64,000 nt of DNA from the human T2T-CHM13v2.0 reference genome, Homo sapiens: the NCBI RefSeq assembly GCF_009914755.1, contig NC_060948.1. The stretch is one strand, 5' to 3'. A model generated the notes under the pieces. It searched no databases. It had not been told where the DNA came from and saw nothing but the letters and a program-made list of their open reading frames with translations. Shown piece by piece: positions 25,662 to 39,800 of this stretch; the stretch's first letter is position 1, and each line of letters opens with the position of its first letter. Both the position numbers and the translations under genes were made by a program.

Positions 25662-28364
25662 GGGACTATAGCATTTCTAAGCACTACATCCAAATTACGT
25701 GACTCTCTTGCCTGATCCTTGCAAAAGGAGACTTTGTAAGATATCTCTGGGCCTATTGTTTAGGTGATACAAGTCTCCTCTTCTACCTGGACACAGCCCA
25801 TAAGGTGTATTGTGTTATACATCTTGATGTAACCCCCAAGTTATGCAACTTTTCTGCCTGGAGCATGCCTGTAAGGAGAATATTGGAAATTTTCTGGCTC
25901 AGTATTTAGGTGCCTTGGCTGTCATGCCTGTTTCATTAACACAGACTAAGTTGTGATATATACCCAAGCACAGCTCATAGGCATGATAATGACTGTCTTA
26001 TGTGGATCCCACAAATAGAATTTTAACTCTCATAAATTTCTTTAGAGACACGAGTAATTAAATCCCTATCTGGTAAAAAAACAAGGTCAAAGAAAATTAT
26101 AACAGCCTCACATATTTTTTAAAGCCTTTGGCTTGTACCGAGTGTGTCATAACAGAAACCAGCAGAAAGATGAAACTGTGAGTCTCAAATGCACACCCAG
26201 CTGACAGTAAGTACTATCAACATCTCACATATATGAAGCTAACTGTCACTCATGAAAATGGGACATGTGCAATATTGTAAATCTCATCCTGGGAATTTTC
26301 TGCTAGTGTTATTGTGATACAAATCTTCACCAAACATCTGTGTGATTTAATCCACCATAATGGTTCTAGCCCGCATATCTTATTGCGGTATCTACCTGGG
26401 CCTACCTCTACATGATACTGATACAAGTGATATGTTACTGCCTGGGTCCTGCTCTCAGTAAGAATCGTGACATATTACTAGATCCAGCACCTTGGTCATG
26501 TTAAATTTTTGCCTTAGCCATGCCCACAGAGATTATTGTGACATATCACTGTGTCAACTACTTAGGTGATGTAACTCTCCTTGTTAGAATGGGCCCTGCA
26601 CACAATTGGGGATTGTGACATATGGTTGGGCCAGGCACACTGGTGACAGTACTCTTTTGTTAGAGCCATGTCCTAAAGAATGCATTGTGACAAATCTCTG
26701 GGCTGATCACTTAGGTGATGTTGCTCTCCTGCTTGGGTCCTGCTTTCCTGAATAGTGACATATTACTACACTAGGCATATAAGTGATGGTACTCTTTTGC
26801 CAGGGTCATGTCTCAAGGAGAACATTGCAACATATCTCTGTGCCTATCGCCTGGGTAACGCAACTCCCTGCTTCAGCATGGCCCACAAAGAGCATTGTGA
26901 CATAAAGGTAGAACCTACACCTATTTGTTGTAAATCTCTTGTCTGAGTCTTGTCCTAAGTGAAACTTGTGACATATCTCAGGAATCAGGATCAAGGCGGT
27001 GTGACTCTTCTGCCTGGCTTCACCTCACATGTTAGATTTTTTTCATATACCTAGGGAAGCACCTAGGTGATATGACTTTTCTCTTCTGCCTTAGCCTTGC
27101 TTATTTTGGACATTGGGTCATATATTTGAGCCAGTATCCTAACTGACGTAATTCTTTTCTTCTGTCTGAGCCTTTACAATGGGGTGATGTGACATATTGC
27201 TAAGCCAAATACTCAGGTTATATGGCTTTTCTTTTTTTTTTTCTCCCAAAAAGTGTCCAGGAAAAGGAATTTTGATTTACTGCAGGGCCCAGCACCCAGA
27301 TGATGTTCCTCTTCATCCTGAGTCCTGCATAAAGAGAGAATTATGGCATATGGCTCCGCCCCCAACCCTGATGCTGTAACTCTCTTGCCTGTGCCAGAGC
27401 AACAGAAAGTATTTTTACAATTCTTGGGCACACCCAGTAGGAGTTTTTATTCTCATCATTTGTCTGTTTTTTTTTTCTTTTGGGGAGGTGGATTGTGTCA
27501 TATTGCTAGGTCCAGCACCCAGTTAATGTAACCCTCATTTCTAGAACCCTACCTAGAGAAGGCATTGTGACATATTGCCTGGCAAAGCACCTACGTTGTG
27601 CTACTCTCCTGGCTAGTTTTTTCTTTTTTCCTACAAATGGGATTATGAAATTTACATGATTCAATTCAGAGGCATGATGATCAAAGTTATATTTGTTTTC
27701 CACCAATAGTAACATTTGCCTATCACCTCTCCACGCAGGGCAATACTTAAAGTTGTGAGTTGCATAGTGGCAGAAAGCTCACAGCAGCTTACAACGCTAA
27801 CTCATATTCTAAAAACTGCTTGGGCCCAGCCAGAGATTAAGATCATGACTCTTGATTACACATACAGGTGAGTGCAAAACTTTTCAGCATCCCATATTTA
27901 CAAAGTCAGCTGTTAAAGTCCTGAGTATAAGTAAATAAAGTACAAAGTTGAAATTTTGACTGTCATATGTGGATCTTGCTATAGGTGAGATGGTGACTAT
28001 TTTCTGGACCCAGATCACAGGCATAATAATGGGTCTCCTGTCTGAACCCAGCCTATTAGAGAGGTGTTGGCAATCATAACTGGGTTTAAGGCAATATGTA
28101 AGATTGTGAGTGAATATAAGCATGTAGGCCTCAGAGTGGTTTGTAACTCTCATGCATGTTGCATAAAGCCTCTGGATGTTGTAGAGTGTGTCATATAATG
28201 ATGTAGAACACGTGTAAGGTTGTGACTGTAATATACATATCAAGCTAAAAGTTAAAGGTGTCACCTAAAAGATGAGGAGATTGTGTCATATTACCAGACC
28301 TAGTACCCTGGTGTTGAGATTTCTGTCTTAAATTCTTTACCACGGGTGCGTTGTGAAATATTAC

Positions 28365-28406
28365 TCTGTGTGTATGTGTTTATGTGTGTTTGTGTATATA
28401 TATATA

Positions 28407-28442
<36 letters not shown>
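28365..28442. repeat. (TG)n/(TA)n microsatellite
   Basis: Imperfect TG and TA runs ending in an uninterrupted TG run. Confidence 0.95.
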
Positions 28443-28444
<2 letters not shown>

Positions 28445-31400
28445 TATGCTCTCATAGTGCCAGGTAGACAGCCCTACTGTTGAACATGGACAAGTCACCA
28501 GGACATTCCAAAATAATAGTATGGGTGGTTTTTTTGATGTTTGAAGAATGACTCAGCAGACATGTAGTCCTTTGACTCTCCTACTGGAATACAATCTTCA
28601 AGTGGGAATGGGGCTTTTATACACGGACCTTGCCCACTGATGACATTGTGACTCCTATACTTCCACCCAACACATGGGAGATGTTCACTCTTATATCCAA
28701 AGGCAGGACTAGTACGGGACTGTGAAAATTTTTCTGAACATTTTTGAGTGTGTGATTGAGAAATGTGACTTTACCCAGCATCTGAGTGTTTGACTCTCCT
28801 TTCTAGGTGCAGAGCACAGTGGAAATTGTGACATACATGCAACAAGCACCTGAGCAATATGTAACACCTTGTTTACCAATGCAATACAGGAAAATTTACA
28901 AATCACAGAGACCAGCACCCAAGTTTTGTGACATTTCTGTTATATCCTGCCTACAAAGAGAATATTGGAATATTTCTGGCTGAAGAGTTATGTGATGTGG
29001 TTGTCCTGCTGGTCTAATAACCACAGAGGGGATGGTGACATATACCTAGACACAGCTAACAGGAATGATACTGACTCTCATATGCAGACTCAGCCAATAG
29101 GAGAAATTTTGACCCTTATAACTAGGTTGAGGTACATGAGTGATGTCCAGGGTCTAACTCTGGTAAAAATGTCACAGAAAATTACAACACTCACACATAT
29201 TTTATAAGACCCTTGGATTGTATAGAGAGTGTCATAACAGGGCCTAGCACAGAGAGGAAATTCTGAATCTTGTATGGACAGCCAGTTGGCAGTAAAGACT
29301 TTCACCATCACAGATGGATGAAGGCAACTGTCCTACATGCAAACATGATATGTGTGGCATTGTAAGTCTAATCCATAGACTTTTATTTCATTGTGACTGT
29401 GATATAAATCTTTGCCAAGCACCTGTGTGATTTCACTCTTCAGACTGGTTCCAGTCTACATGAGATTTGGATATCTACCTGGGCAAAACTTGAAGGGATG
29501 AGATTTTTCCGCCCAGCCACCCCTTCTCTCAGTAAGAATTGTGACATCACTGGATCCACCATCAAACTGTCTTTACATTTTGCCTGCACCATGCCTGAAG
29601 ACATCATTGTTACATATCACTTTGTACATCAGTTAGAAGATGTAACTCTCCTCTCTGGAATGAGTCCTGCACACGGGGCAAAATAGTGACATATTTCTAG
29701 GGCAGGAACACAGGTGTTGATACTATTTTGCCAGGGCCTTGCACCGAAGAGGGCATTTTGGCATATCACAGGTCCTATCATGTAGGTGATATGGCTCTTC
29801 TACTCAGGAACTGCCTACTTGAATAGTGACATATTGCCAGGCCAGGTACAAAGGTGGTGGTGTTCTTTGGTCAGGGCCATGCTTTTGTGACATATCTCTC
29901 AGCCTATCACTTAGGTGATGGGCTTGGCCCTGGTCCTTGGTCCTGCTTGTTCCTGCCCACATGGAGAACTGTGAAAGAACCGTGGAACATGAACCTAGGC
30001 GATGTAACTAACTGGAGTCGGTTCTTTTCTAAGGGGGACTGAGTTGTGAGTATCTCAGGACACTGGAACAGAAGATGTGGCTCTTCACCAGGGTTTCTGC
30101 CCACATATTAAATTGTGACATATACTTTTTAAAAACATCCAGGTGATATGACTTTTTCTGCCTGAGCCTTGTCTACTGGTGACATTGGGCCATATCTCTG
30201 AACCCGTGACGTAAATGATGTGACTCTCTTCTTCTGTCTGGGCCTTAACAATAGGAACATTTTGACATATTGATGAGCCCAGCACTTAGGTAATGTGACT
30301 CTCGTCTTCTTGCTGAACAACGCCCACGAACAGGGCTTTTGCAATATTTCAGGGCCCAGCACCTGGATGATGCTACTTTTCTGCGTAAGTCATGCATAAG
30401 CAGGGAATTGTGGCATATTGCTTGGTCCAGCACCCTAATGACATGGCTCTCCTGCTTGTGACTAAGTTACAGAAAGTATTTTAGAATATCTCTGGCAAAT
30501 TCTCTAGGTGCTTTGGCTCTCATCACTTTGCTTGGTTTCTTCCATCTGTGGTTGCATTAAACTGCTGGCTCCAACCCCTGGTAAATGTGACCCTTTTCCT
30601 TAGGCCCTGCCTAGAGAGGGCATTGTGACATATAGCTTGGCCCAGCAGCTAAGTGATGTTAACCTTCTGCCTTGTTATTAGCCCAGAAATAAGATTATGA
30701 CATATACCTTCCTCCAGTTGAAAGCCATGATAATCAAGCTTATATTGGGATTCTGCCAATAGGAGATATTTTGCCACTCACCACTAGGTTTTCTTCAATA
30801 ATTAAGGTCCTTTATTGCATATTTGTACAAATATCACAGAAGTTTACAATACCAACTCATATCATAAAAACTTCTTGGTTGGTAGAGAGAGTTTTATAAC
30901 AGGGCCCAGCAAAAAATTAAGATTGTGACTCTTGACTGCACAGACGAAAGTAAAAGTTGTTACCATCCTGCATTTGCAAAGGGTATTGTTGATGTCCTGA
31001 GTCTAATGAGTGAATAAAGCACAAAGTTGGAATTGTGACTTTCATAAGTCAATCTGGCCACAGTTGGAATCATGACTCATTTCTGGATTCAGCTCGCAGC
31101 AATAATAGTGGCCTCATTCTTTAAGCCAACCTATGGGAGAGATATAGACTGTCATGCATAGTGTATACAGTTCTCAGATATTGTAGACAGTGTCATACAG
31201 TGGCCAGCACATACATGAGATCGTGACTGTCATATACACAACTAGTTAATGCTGTCACCTTTAAAGATGAGATTGAGTCATATCCCTAGTCCTAGTATCC
31301 TGGTGTTGAGACTTTTGGTTTGCATTCTTTTCCATAAGAGCATTGTTACATATCACTGGGTCAGAATCATGACAATATGACGCTTCTGCATGGGTCCTGC

Positions 31401-34400
31401 AAACAGCGTATATTTTCATGTATCTCTGGGCCTCTTGGTTAGTTGATATGGCTCTCCTGACAGTACCCTGCCCACAGGTGACATTGTGACATATTGCTAG
31501 ATATAGCGTCTAGGAAATGTACTGTCCTCTGCTGATTGGATCCTGCCCACCGAAGAAAGTCTGACCACTGAGTCCAAAACCTAGGAGACATGAGTCTCCT
31601 CTTTATCCTGGATTCTGCCAAGAGTGGGGATTATTACATATTGCTAAGCTCGCCACTCAGGAGTTGTGATTCTCCCTTTTGTTTCCTTCAAACCTGTCCT
31701 TATGGGGATGGTGACATATTGCTTGATGTTGTACCCAGGTGATGCGGCTCTTCTGCTTGGTGTCTGCCCACATGTTAGAATGTGATATATAACCAAGAAA
31801 GTCCCTAGGTGATATGACTCACCTTTTCTGTCTGGGCTTTACCTGCTGGGGACAGTGGGATATATCTCTCTGCCCTTTGACCTAAGTGAAGTGACTCTCT
31901 TTTTCTCCCTGGTTTTTACAATGGGGAGATTGTGGCATATTGCTGAGTTCATCACTCAGGTTATTTGTCTCTACTTTTTTTCTAGAGCCATGCACACAAA
32001 CAGAATTTTTGACCTATTGCAGGGCCCAGCCTCGAGATAATGTTACTCCTTTTTCTGGGCCCAGCAAATGGACAGAATTATGGCATATCACTGAGGCCAG
32101 CACGTTGACAATGTCCTTTCACAGCAGGGCATTATTTCATCTATCATGCCTGTCCCATAGCCACGAAGGTTTTAACATATTCTGGGCATATTATGTAGGT
32201 GTTTTGACTCTCATTCCTTGGCTGGGATTTTGCACATGTGGGATGGTTTCAGATTGCTGAGCCCAGCACCCAGTTAATGTGGCTCTAATTCTATATCCTG
32301 CCTAGAGAGGACATTGTGACATGCTACTTGGCACTGCAGCTAAACAATATTACCTGCCAACCAAGTTTTTTGCCCACAAATGGGACTATGACATACACTT
32401 CGCTTCAGCTTATAGGCATGATCTGGCCACAGGTGGCATGGTGACTCATTTCTGGGTCCAGCTCACAGGCATCCCTAATCCCAGCCTACAGAGATGTTGA
32501 CCATTATACCTGGGTTAGGGCAGTATATATGATCGTGAATCCATATGAGCCTATAGGCCTCAGAGTGTTTTGCAACTCTCATGCATGCTGTATAAAGCCT
32601 TCAGATGTTGTAGAGTGTCATACAACAGCCCGGGAAATGTGAGACTGTGACTCTCATACACACACCCAGGTCGCAGTTAATGGTGTCACCCTCAAAGACC
32701 AAAGGTTTTGGCATGTTTTTAGGCCTGGTACCCAGGTGTTGAGACTTTTTGCTGAAATAACTTAACATGGGTGCATTGTGACATATTGCTGTGTTAGAAT
32801 AATAATAATATGACTCTTCTGCCTGGACCCTGCCAACCTGGGATATTGTCACAGATCTCTGGGCCTATAAGCTGGGTAACATATCTCTCCTGCCTGTGCC
32901 CTGCCCCTAGAGAACATTGTGAAATATTCTTTGGCAAAATATTTATGTCATGTGACTCTCCTCCTGGCCAGGGTCCTGCTCACCAAAAAACTTGTGACAT
33001 ACTGCTGATTGCAAAACCTAGGTGATATGGCTGTCTTTCATATTCCAGACTCTGCCAATAGACACATTATTACATATTGCAGAGCCCAGCACCTACGTGG
33101 AGTAACTCTCCTCTTATGCTTCTTCCCTGTCTATAGCAGGCTTGGTGACATACTATTTCAGGGTGTATCCAGGTTGTGTGATTTTCCAAATAGGCCCAGC
33201 CTACAAATGAGATTATAATGTATCACTGGCTCAGCACCCAGATGATGTGACTCTTCTGCCTTGTCCCTGCTCACAGGTGAAACTATGACATATGTGTGGG
33301 TTAAGCACACATACACAATAATAACTCTCATAACTGGACCAACTCAGTAGAAATATGTTAACACTCTGGGTTAAGCACACACGCACAATAACTTTCATAC
33401 CTGGACCCAGCCAGTAGAAATATTATGACTCTCATAGCAGTCTCAGGTCCATGTGTAAATTCCTGTGATTTTTACTTGTATAAAGTTCACAAATAATTAC
33501 AAGACTCAGTTATATCATATAAACACTTAATGGTACAAAGAGTGTCATAAAAGAGATCAGCAACGAGGTAAGAATGTGACTCTTTTATGCACGCCTAAAA
33601 AGCAGTCGAAGGTTGAAATAATTACTCTTATACCTGCATGTTAATCACAAGTGGTTTGGTAATATTTGAACCATGATTCAGCACATTGCAGTGTTGTGAG
33701 TCCCCGACTGAAACACAATCTTCAAGTGGGATTCAGGCTGTTATACATGGATCCGTCTCATTGTTGAAATTATGACTCCTCTGTGTTGACTCAACTTTCA
33801 TACAGAAAACCAGGACTTGTGTAGGACATGAAACTTATTTCTAAGCATTTCTGAGAGTGTGATTGGGACAGGTAAATTTCCCCAGCACATGAATAATTTG
33901 AATTTCTTTTCTAGGCCCACACCACAGATGAAATTGTGCCATATATGGAAGAAGCACCTAAGCAATATGTAACACCTTCGTTGGCTCTGCCTACAAAGGG
34001 CACTTTTGTATATCACTGGGACCACCACCCTGGTGAGGTGAATTATCTGCCTAAAGCCTGTCTACAATGAGTATTGTGTTTTATATCAAGGTCCATCACG
34101 TAAGTGATGTGACTCCTTTCTACTGCCTTGGCCCTGCACGTACAGTGCATTGTAACACACAACTTGGTACCGCACCCGGGAGATGTGATTCTCTCTTTTG
34201 GGTTCTGCCAACAGGAAGCAGTGTAACATATCATTTGGCTAAGCACCTAGATGATGTTTCTTTGCTTTTGTCTGTGCCCTGACCACAGGGAGATTGCGCA
34301 TATTCCTGATTTCAGCAATAATGTGAGGTCACTCTCCAGCTTTGGTACTGAACGTTACAGACATTTTGACATATAGCAAGGCCAGTTGTTAGGTGAACTG

Positions 34401-36349
34401 TGTCTCCTCTCTGGCTAAATTTGTGCCCAAAGAAGGAGTTTTGATATGTCACTGAAATGATCATTCCAGTGATGTGACTCTTCTGCCAGGATCTTGCCCA
34501 CAAGATGGATTGTGACATCTCACTAGACCCATACCCACATAAGTGATGTGACTTTCCTGCCTTCTCTCTTGCCACAAATAATATTGTGCCATATATCTGA
34601 GACCACAAGAAAAGCCTAATAGCAACTCATATGTCTGAAGTCAGAACTTGTGCAGGATGGTGGGTCATATTCGTAAACCTTTTCTCAAGTGTAATGTGAC
34701 GTATATTTTTGCCCAACTCTTGAATGATTTAGTAATTCTGCCTTGATATAGTCCACGAATGAGATTTTGACAAACACTTGGGCCAAGAACCTTGGCGAAT
34801 AGATTGTGCTGTCTTAACAATGTCCTCAGGGGAAATGGTCACATATTTCTTGACCCATCATCTAGGTTACATTGCTCTCCTCTTTGGCCTGTACCCTGCT
34901 TCCTTTAGTAATTTTAGCATTTCTAAACACAGCATCCTAATGACATGATTCTCTTTCGTGGGCCCTGCCAACGTGAGACATTGTGACGCAGTTTTGGGCT
35001 CTGCTGTTACGTGACACGAATCTCCTATCCTTCCTGGACACTTCCCACGAGGAACAGTGTGCAGAAAGCTGAAATTAGCACACAAGTTATGTGACATTTC
35101 TGACTGGAACCTACCCACAATCAAGATATTGGAATATTTCTGGCCCAGCATTTAGGTGATGTGGCTCTTCTGCCTGCTTCATAACCACAGAGGGAATTGT
35201 AACATATACCTAAGCATGGATCACAGGCATGATAATGACTCTCTTATGTGGACTTATCCAATAAAGGATACATTGAGTCTTATAACTAGGTTTAGGGACA
35301 TGTGTGATGTCCCGGATCACCTTCTCGTTCAAAGTTCACAAAAGACTGTAACACTCACACATATTTACAAAGTCTTTGGGTTACACACACAGAATCTAAG
35401 CAGGGCACAGCACACAGGTGAAATTGTGAGCCTTGTATGCACACCTAGCTCATCGTAATGACTGTCATCATCTAACATGTATGAAGCCAACTGTCACCCA
35501 TGAAAACAGGACATGGGTGCTACTGTAAATCTCATCTTTGGAATTTTCTGACAGTGAGCTTGTGGTGTAAATCTTTGCCAAGCACCTGTGTAATTTGACT
35601 CACCAGAATTGTTTCAGCCTGTATATGAGATTGTGATATCTACCTAGGCCAACCTGGAGTTGATGTGACTCTCCTGCCTGGGACCTTTTCTCAGTAAGGA
35701 TTGTGACATATCACTGGATCTAGCATCCAGGCGATGCTACATTCTTGCCTGCCCCATGCCCACCAAAATTGCTGTTACATACCATTGTGTCCACCTCTTA
35801 GGGGATGTAACTCTTCTCTCTGTAATGGGCCCTGCACAAAGGAAGAATAGTGATATATTGCTAGGCCAGGCACACAGGTGAGGGTACACTTAGGCCAGAG
35901 CCATGCCCAAAGGAGGGCATTGTGACATATCTCTGGGCTTATCACAGATTTCATGTGGCTCTGCTGCTTGGGTCTTGCCAACCTGGAGAGTGATATATTT
36001 CCAGGCCAGGCACACAGGTGATGATATTCTTTTGCCAGGACTATGCTTCATAGAGAACATTGTGACATATATGTGGGCCTATCACCATTGTGAAGTGACT
36101 CCCTGCTTTGGCCCTACCTACACGGTGCATTGTGGCATAAGCAGAGAATCTGCACCTAGGTGATGTAACTCTGTTTGCTGAGTGCTGTGTTAAGAGTCTT
36201 GTTAAATATCTCAGGACCCAGCACCCAAGTGATGTGCTCTTTTGCCTGCTTTCTGCCCACAGGTTACATTGTGACACATTCCTATGAAATCACCTAGGGG
36301 ATGTGACTCTCCTCATCTCCCTGAGCCACGCCTGCTGTGGACATTGGGA

Positions 36350-36828
36350 TGCAGGGGTTCAGTCAGCCTGGTGGGAAAAACTTTAAGATAAAGTTATAAA
36401 ATGTAAACACAGAATCTCTTGGAAGGCCTGCAGGTTTCCATAATGTGTTTGGTTGAAGGCAGCCTTATTCTTTTTGAGCTATAGCAAGGGTATTTAACAA
36501 AGCAATGTAGAGAAGACTATTTAAATAGCTTATTTACTCATGTGGTTCTGAAACTAACCTTTGACCATTTGCGAGTGAATGAGTGTTCTGTACTGAGGGG
36601 GTCGGCAATGGTAATTACCTTCTAGTGGTGTTTACTTGAGATTTTTTGTCATTTAGTGTGTGCTGAATAAATTCCAGAAGAGCCAGAGACTTGAGGCCAC
36701 AGCTGACAGCACTCTACTTGAAGCATGTAAGTGGCCTGGTCTCTCAGCCAGACTGATAATCATAATATGTGCATCAGTGTATGTTATTCATTTGTCACTG
36801 AGTCAGGGTTTCCCGGATGGACCTCGCA
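36350..36828 (+). mobile_element. Solo betaretroviral LTR, LTR22 family (HERV-K HML-5)
   Basis: TG...CA ends; begins TGCAGGGGTTCAGTCAGCCTGGTGGGAAAAA; AATAAA at 36666; perfect 6-bp TSD TTGGGA (36344-36349 and 36829-36834). Confidence 0.85.
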
Positions 36829-39800
36829 TTGGGACGTATCTCTGAGCCCATGACCTAAGTGATGTGACTCTCTTTTTCTGCCTGGGCCTTCACAACAGGA
36901 GGATTTTGACACATTGCTGAGGCCAGCACTCAAGATACATAACTCTCCTCCTTTTTCAGAAAATGACTACAAAAAGGGAATTTTGACATATTGCAGGATG
37001 CATCACCAGGTGATGTTACTCTTCTGCCTGGGTTCAGCCTAAAGAGGAAATTATGACATATTGCATATTGCTGGGCCCAGCACCCTCGTGATGTGACTCC
37101 TGCCTGTGCTGGAGCCACTGAAGGTATATTGACATATCTTGGGCCTATTATTAGGTGTTTTGTCTCATTACCTGGCTGGATTTTTTCCACATGTGAGATG
37201 GTGTCATATTGCTAGGTCCAGCACCCAGTTTATGTGACCCAATTTTCTATACCCTGCCTAGAGAAGGCATTGTGGCATATTGGTTTGCACAGTACCTAAG
37301 TGATGTTACCCTCCTGCCTAGTTTTTTGTCCACAGATGGAATTATGACAGATACCTTGCTTCAGTTCAAAGGCATGATGATCAAACTTACATTGGGATTG
37401 ACCTAATAGGGGATATTTTGCCTCTCATACTTAGGTTTAGGGCAATAGGGAAGCCCCAGGTTGCATATTTGTACCATGCTCACAGAAGCTTACACCACTA
37501 TCTTATATTGTATAAACACATTCGTGGTAGAGAGTTTATTAACAGGAGCCAGCAAAAAGTTCAGATTGGGACTCTCAATTACACAACAAGGAGAAATTAA
37601 AAGTTGTCATTATCCCACACTTACAAATCCCACTGTTGAGATTCTCAGTGTAACCAGCGAATATAGTACAAAGTTGGAATTGTTATTTTATATATGCGTC
37701 TGGCCAAAGGTTGGATGGTGACTCATTTCTGCACCCAGCCCACAGGCATAATAGGTCTTCCTCCTTAACCCTGCCTGTAGGAGAGATGTTAACTAAAAAA
37801 CCTGGATTTAGGGCAATATATAAGATTGTGAGTCCATACAAGCATGCAGACCTCAGAGAGGTTTGCATCCCTCATGAAGGTTTTGTAAGTTCCTCAGATG
37901 TTGTGGAGAGAGTCATACATTGGTCCAGCACACGCATGAGACTGTGACACTAATATACATGCTCAGCTAAAAGTTAGCTGTCACCCTCAAAGATGAGGAG
38001 ATTGTGTCATATCATTGGGCCTAGTACCCAGGTTTTGAGACTTTGGGGCTCATATGCCTTTCCATGGGGTCATTGTTACATGTTGCTGGGTCAAAATCAT
38101 AATAATGTGACTCTTTTGCCCGGGCCCTGTCAACAGGGGATATTATCACATATTTCTGAGCCTATTAGCTAGGTGATGTTTCTCCCCTGACAGTGCCCTG
38201 CCCACAGGAAACATTGTGACTTATTGCTAGATATAGAATCTATGTAATGTGACTCTCCTCTCCTGCCTGGATCCTGCCCACAGAAGAAATTGTGACATGC
38301 CGCTGGAAGCAAAATCTAGCTGAGTCATATCTCCAAACATTTAGGTGATGTGACTCTCCTCTTCTGCCTGAACATGGCCCGCAAGCGACATTGCGACACA
38401 GAGCTGGATCTGGCACACAATTTATGTCACATTTCACAAAGTATTCTACCTACAAAGAAAATATTGGAATATTTCTGGCTTGACATTCAGGTTATTTGGC
38501 TGTCGTGATGGTTTCATTACCACAAAGTAAACTTTGACATAAAACTGTGCTCTGTCCACAGGCATGGTAATGACTCTCATATGTGGACCCCCAAAACAGG
38601 AGTACTTTTGACGCTCATAGCTTTTTTTTTTTTTTAGAAACAGGAGTGATTATGTCTCGCTAAGGACAAAGTCACAGGTTATAACAACCTCAGATATTTT
38701 ATAAAGCCTTTGGCTTGTACACAGAGTGTCATAAGAGAACCCAGCAGAAAGGTAAAATTGTAGTGTTACATGCACACCCAGCAGTCAGTAACGACTATCA
38801 CTGTCTCACATATATGAAGCCAACAGTCACTCATGAAAATAGGACATGCATGGAATTGTAAATCTCATCTCAAGAAATTTCTGCCAGTGTGACTGTGATG
38901 TAAATTTTCCTGAGAACCTGTGTGATCTGACTCTGCATACTGGCTCCCACCCCCATATGTTGTTGTGTTATCTACCTGGGCCATCCTCTAGGTGATGTGA
39001 CTCTCCTGCCTGGGCTTTGCTCTCAGTAAGAATTGTGACTTATCACTAGATCCCACAACCAGGTCATGTTACATTTATTTCTGAGCCATACCCACATAAA
39101 TCATTGTGACATATCACTGTGTCAACCACTTGGGTGACATAACTCTTCTCATTAGAATGCACACAGTGGAAGATAGTGACATATGGCTGGATGAGGCACA
39201 CAAGTGATGGTCGTCTTTTGCTAGAGCCTTGTCCTAAAGAGGACATTGTGACAAATCTCTGGGCCTATCATTTAGGTGATGTTGATCTCCAGCATGGTTC
39301 CTACTTTCCTGGATAGTGACATATTGCTAGGCTAGGCATGCAGGTGATGGTACACTTTCTACAGGGCCAGACTTCAAGGAGGACTTTGTGACATATCTCT
39401 GGGTCTATCATCTAGGTGATGTGACTCCTGGCTTGCATGCTGACCACATAGAATATTGTGACATAAGGGTAGAACCTGCACCTATTTGTTGTAACTCTCT
39501 TGTCTGGGTCCTGTCTTAAGGGAGCCATGTGACATATTTCAGGACCCAGCATCAAGGTGATGTGGCTATTCTGCTTGGCTTCACCTCATATACTAGATCG
39601 TGTCATATACCTAGGGAATCACCTAGGTGACGTGACTCTACTCTTCTACCTGACCCCTGCCTACTTTTGATATTTGGCCAATTATCTGAGCCTGGGTCCC
39701 AAGTGATATGACCCTTTTCTTCTGCTTGCTCCTTTAAAGTGTGGTGATGTGACATATTGCTGAGCCCAATACTTAGCAATATGATTCTACTTTTTATCCC

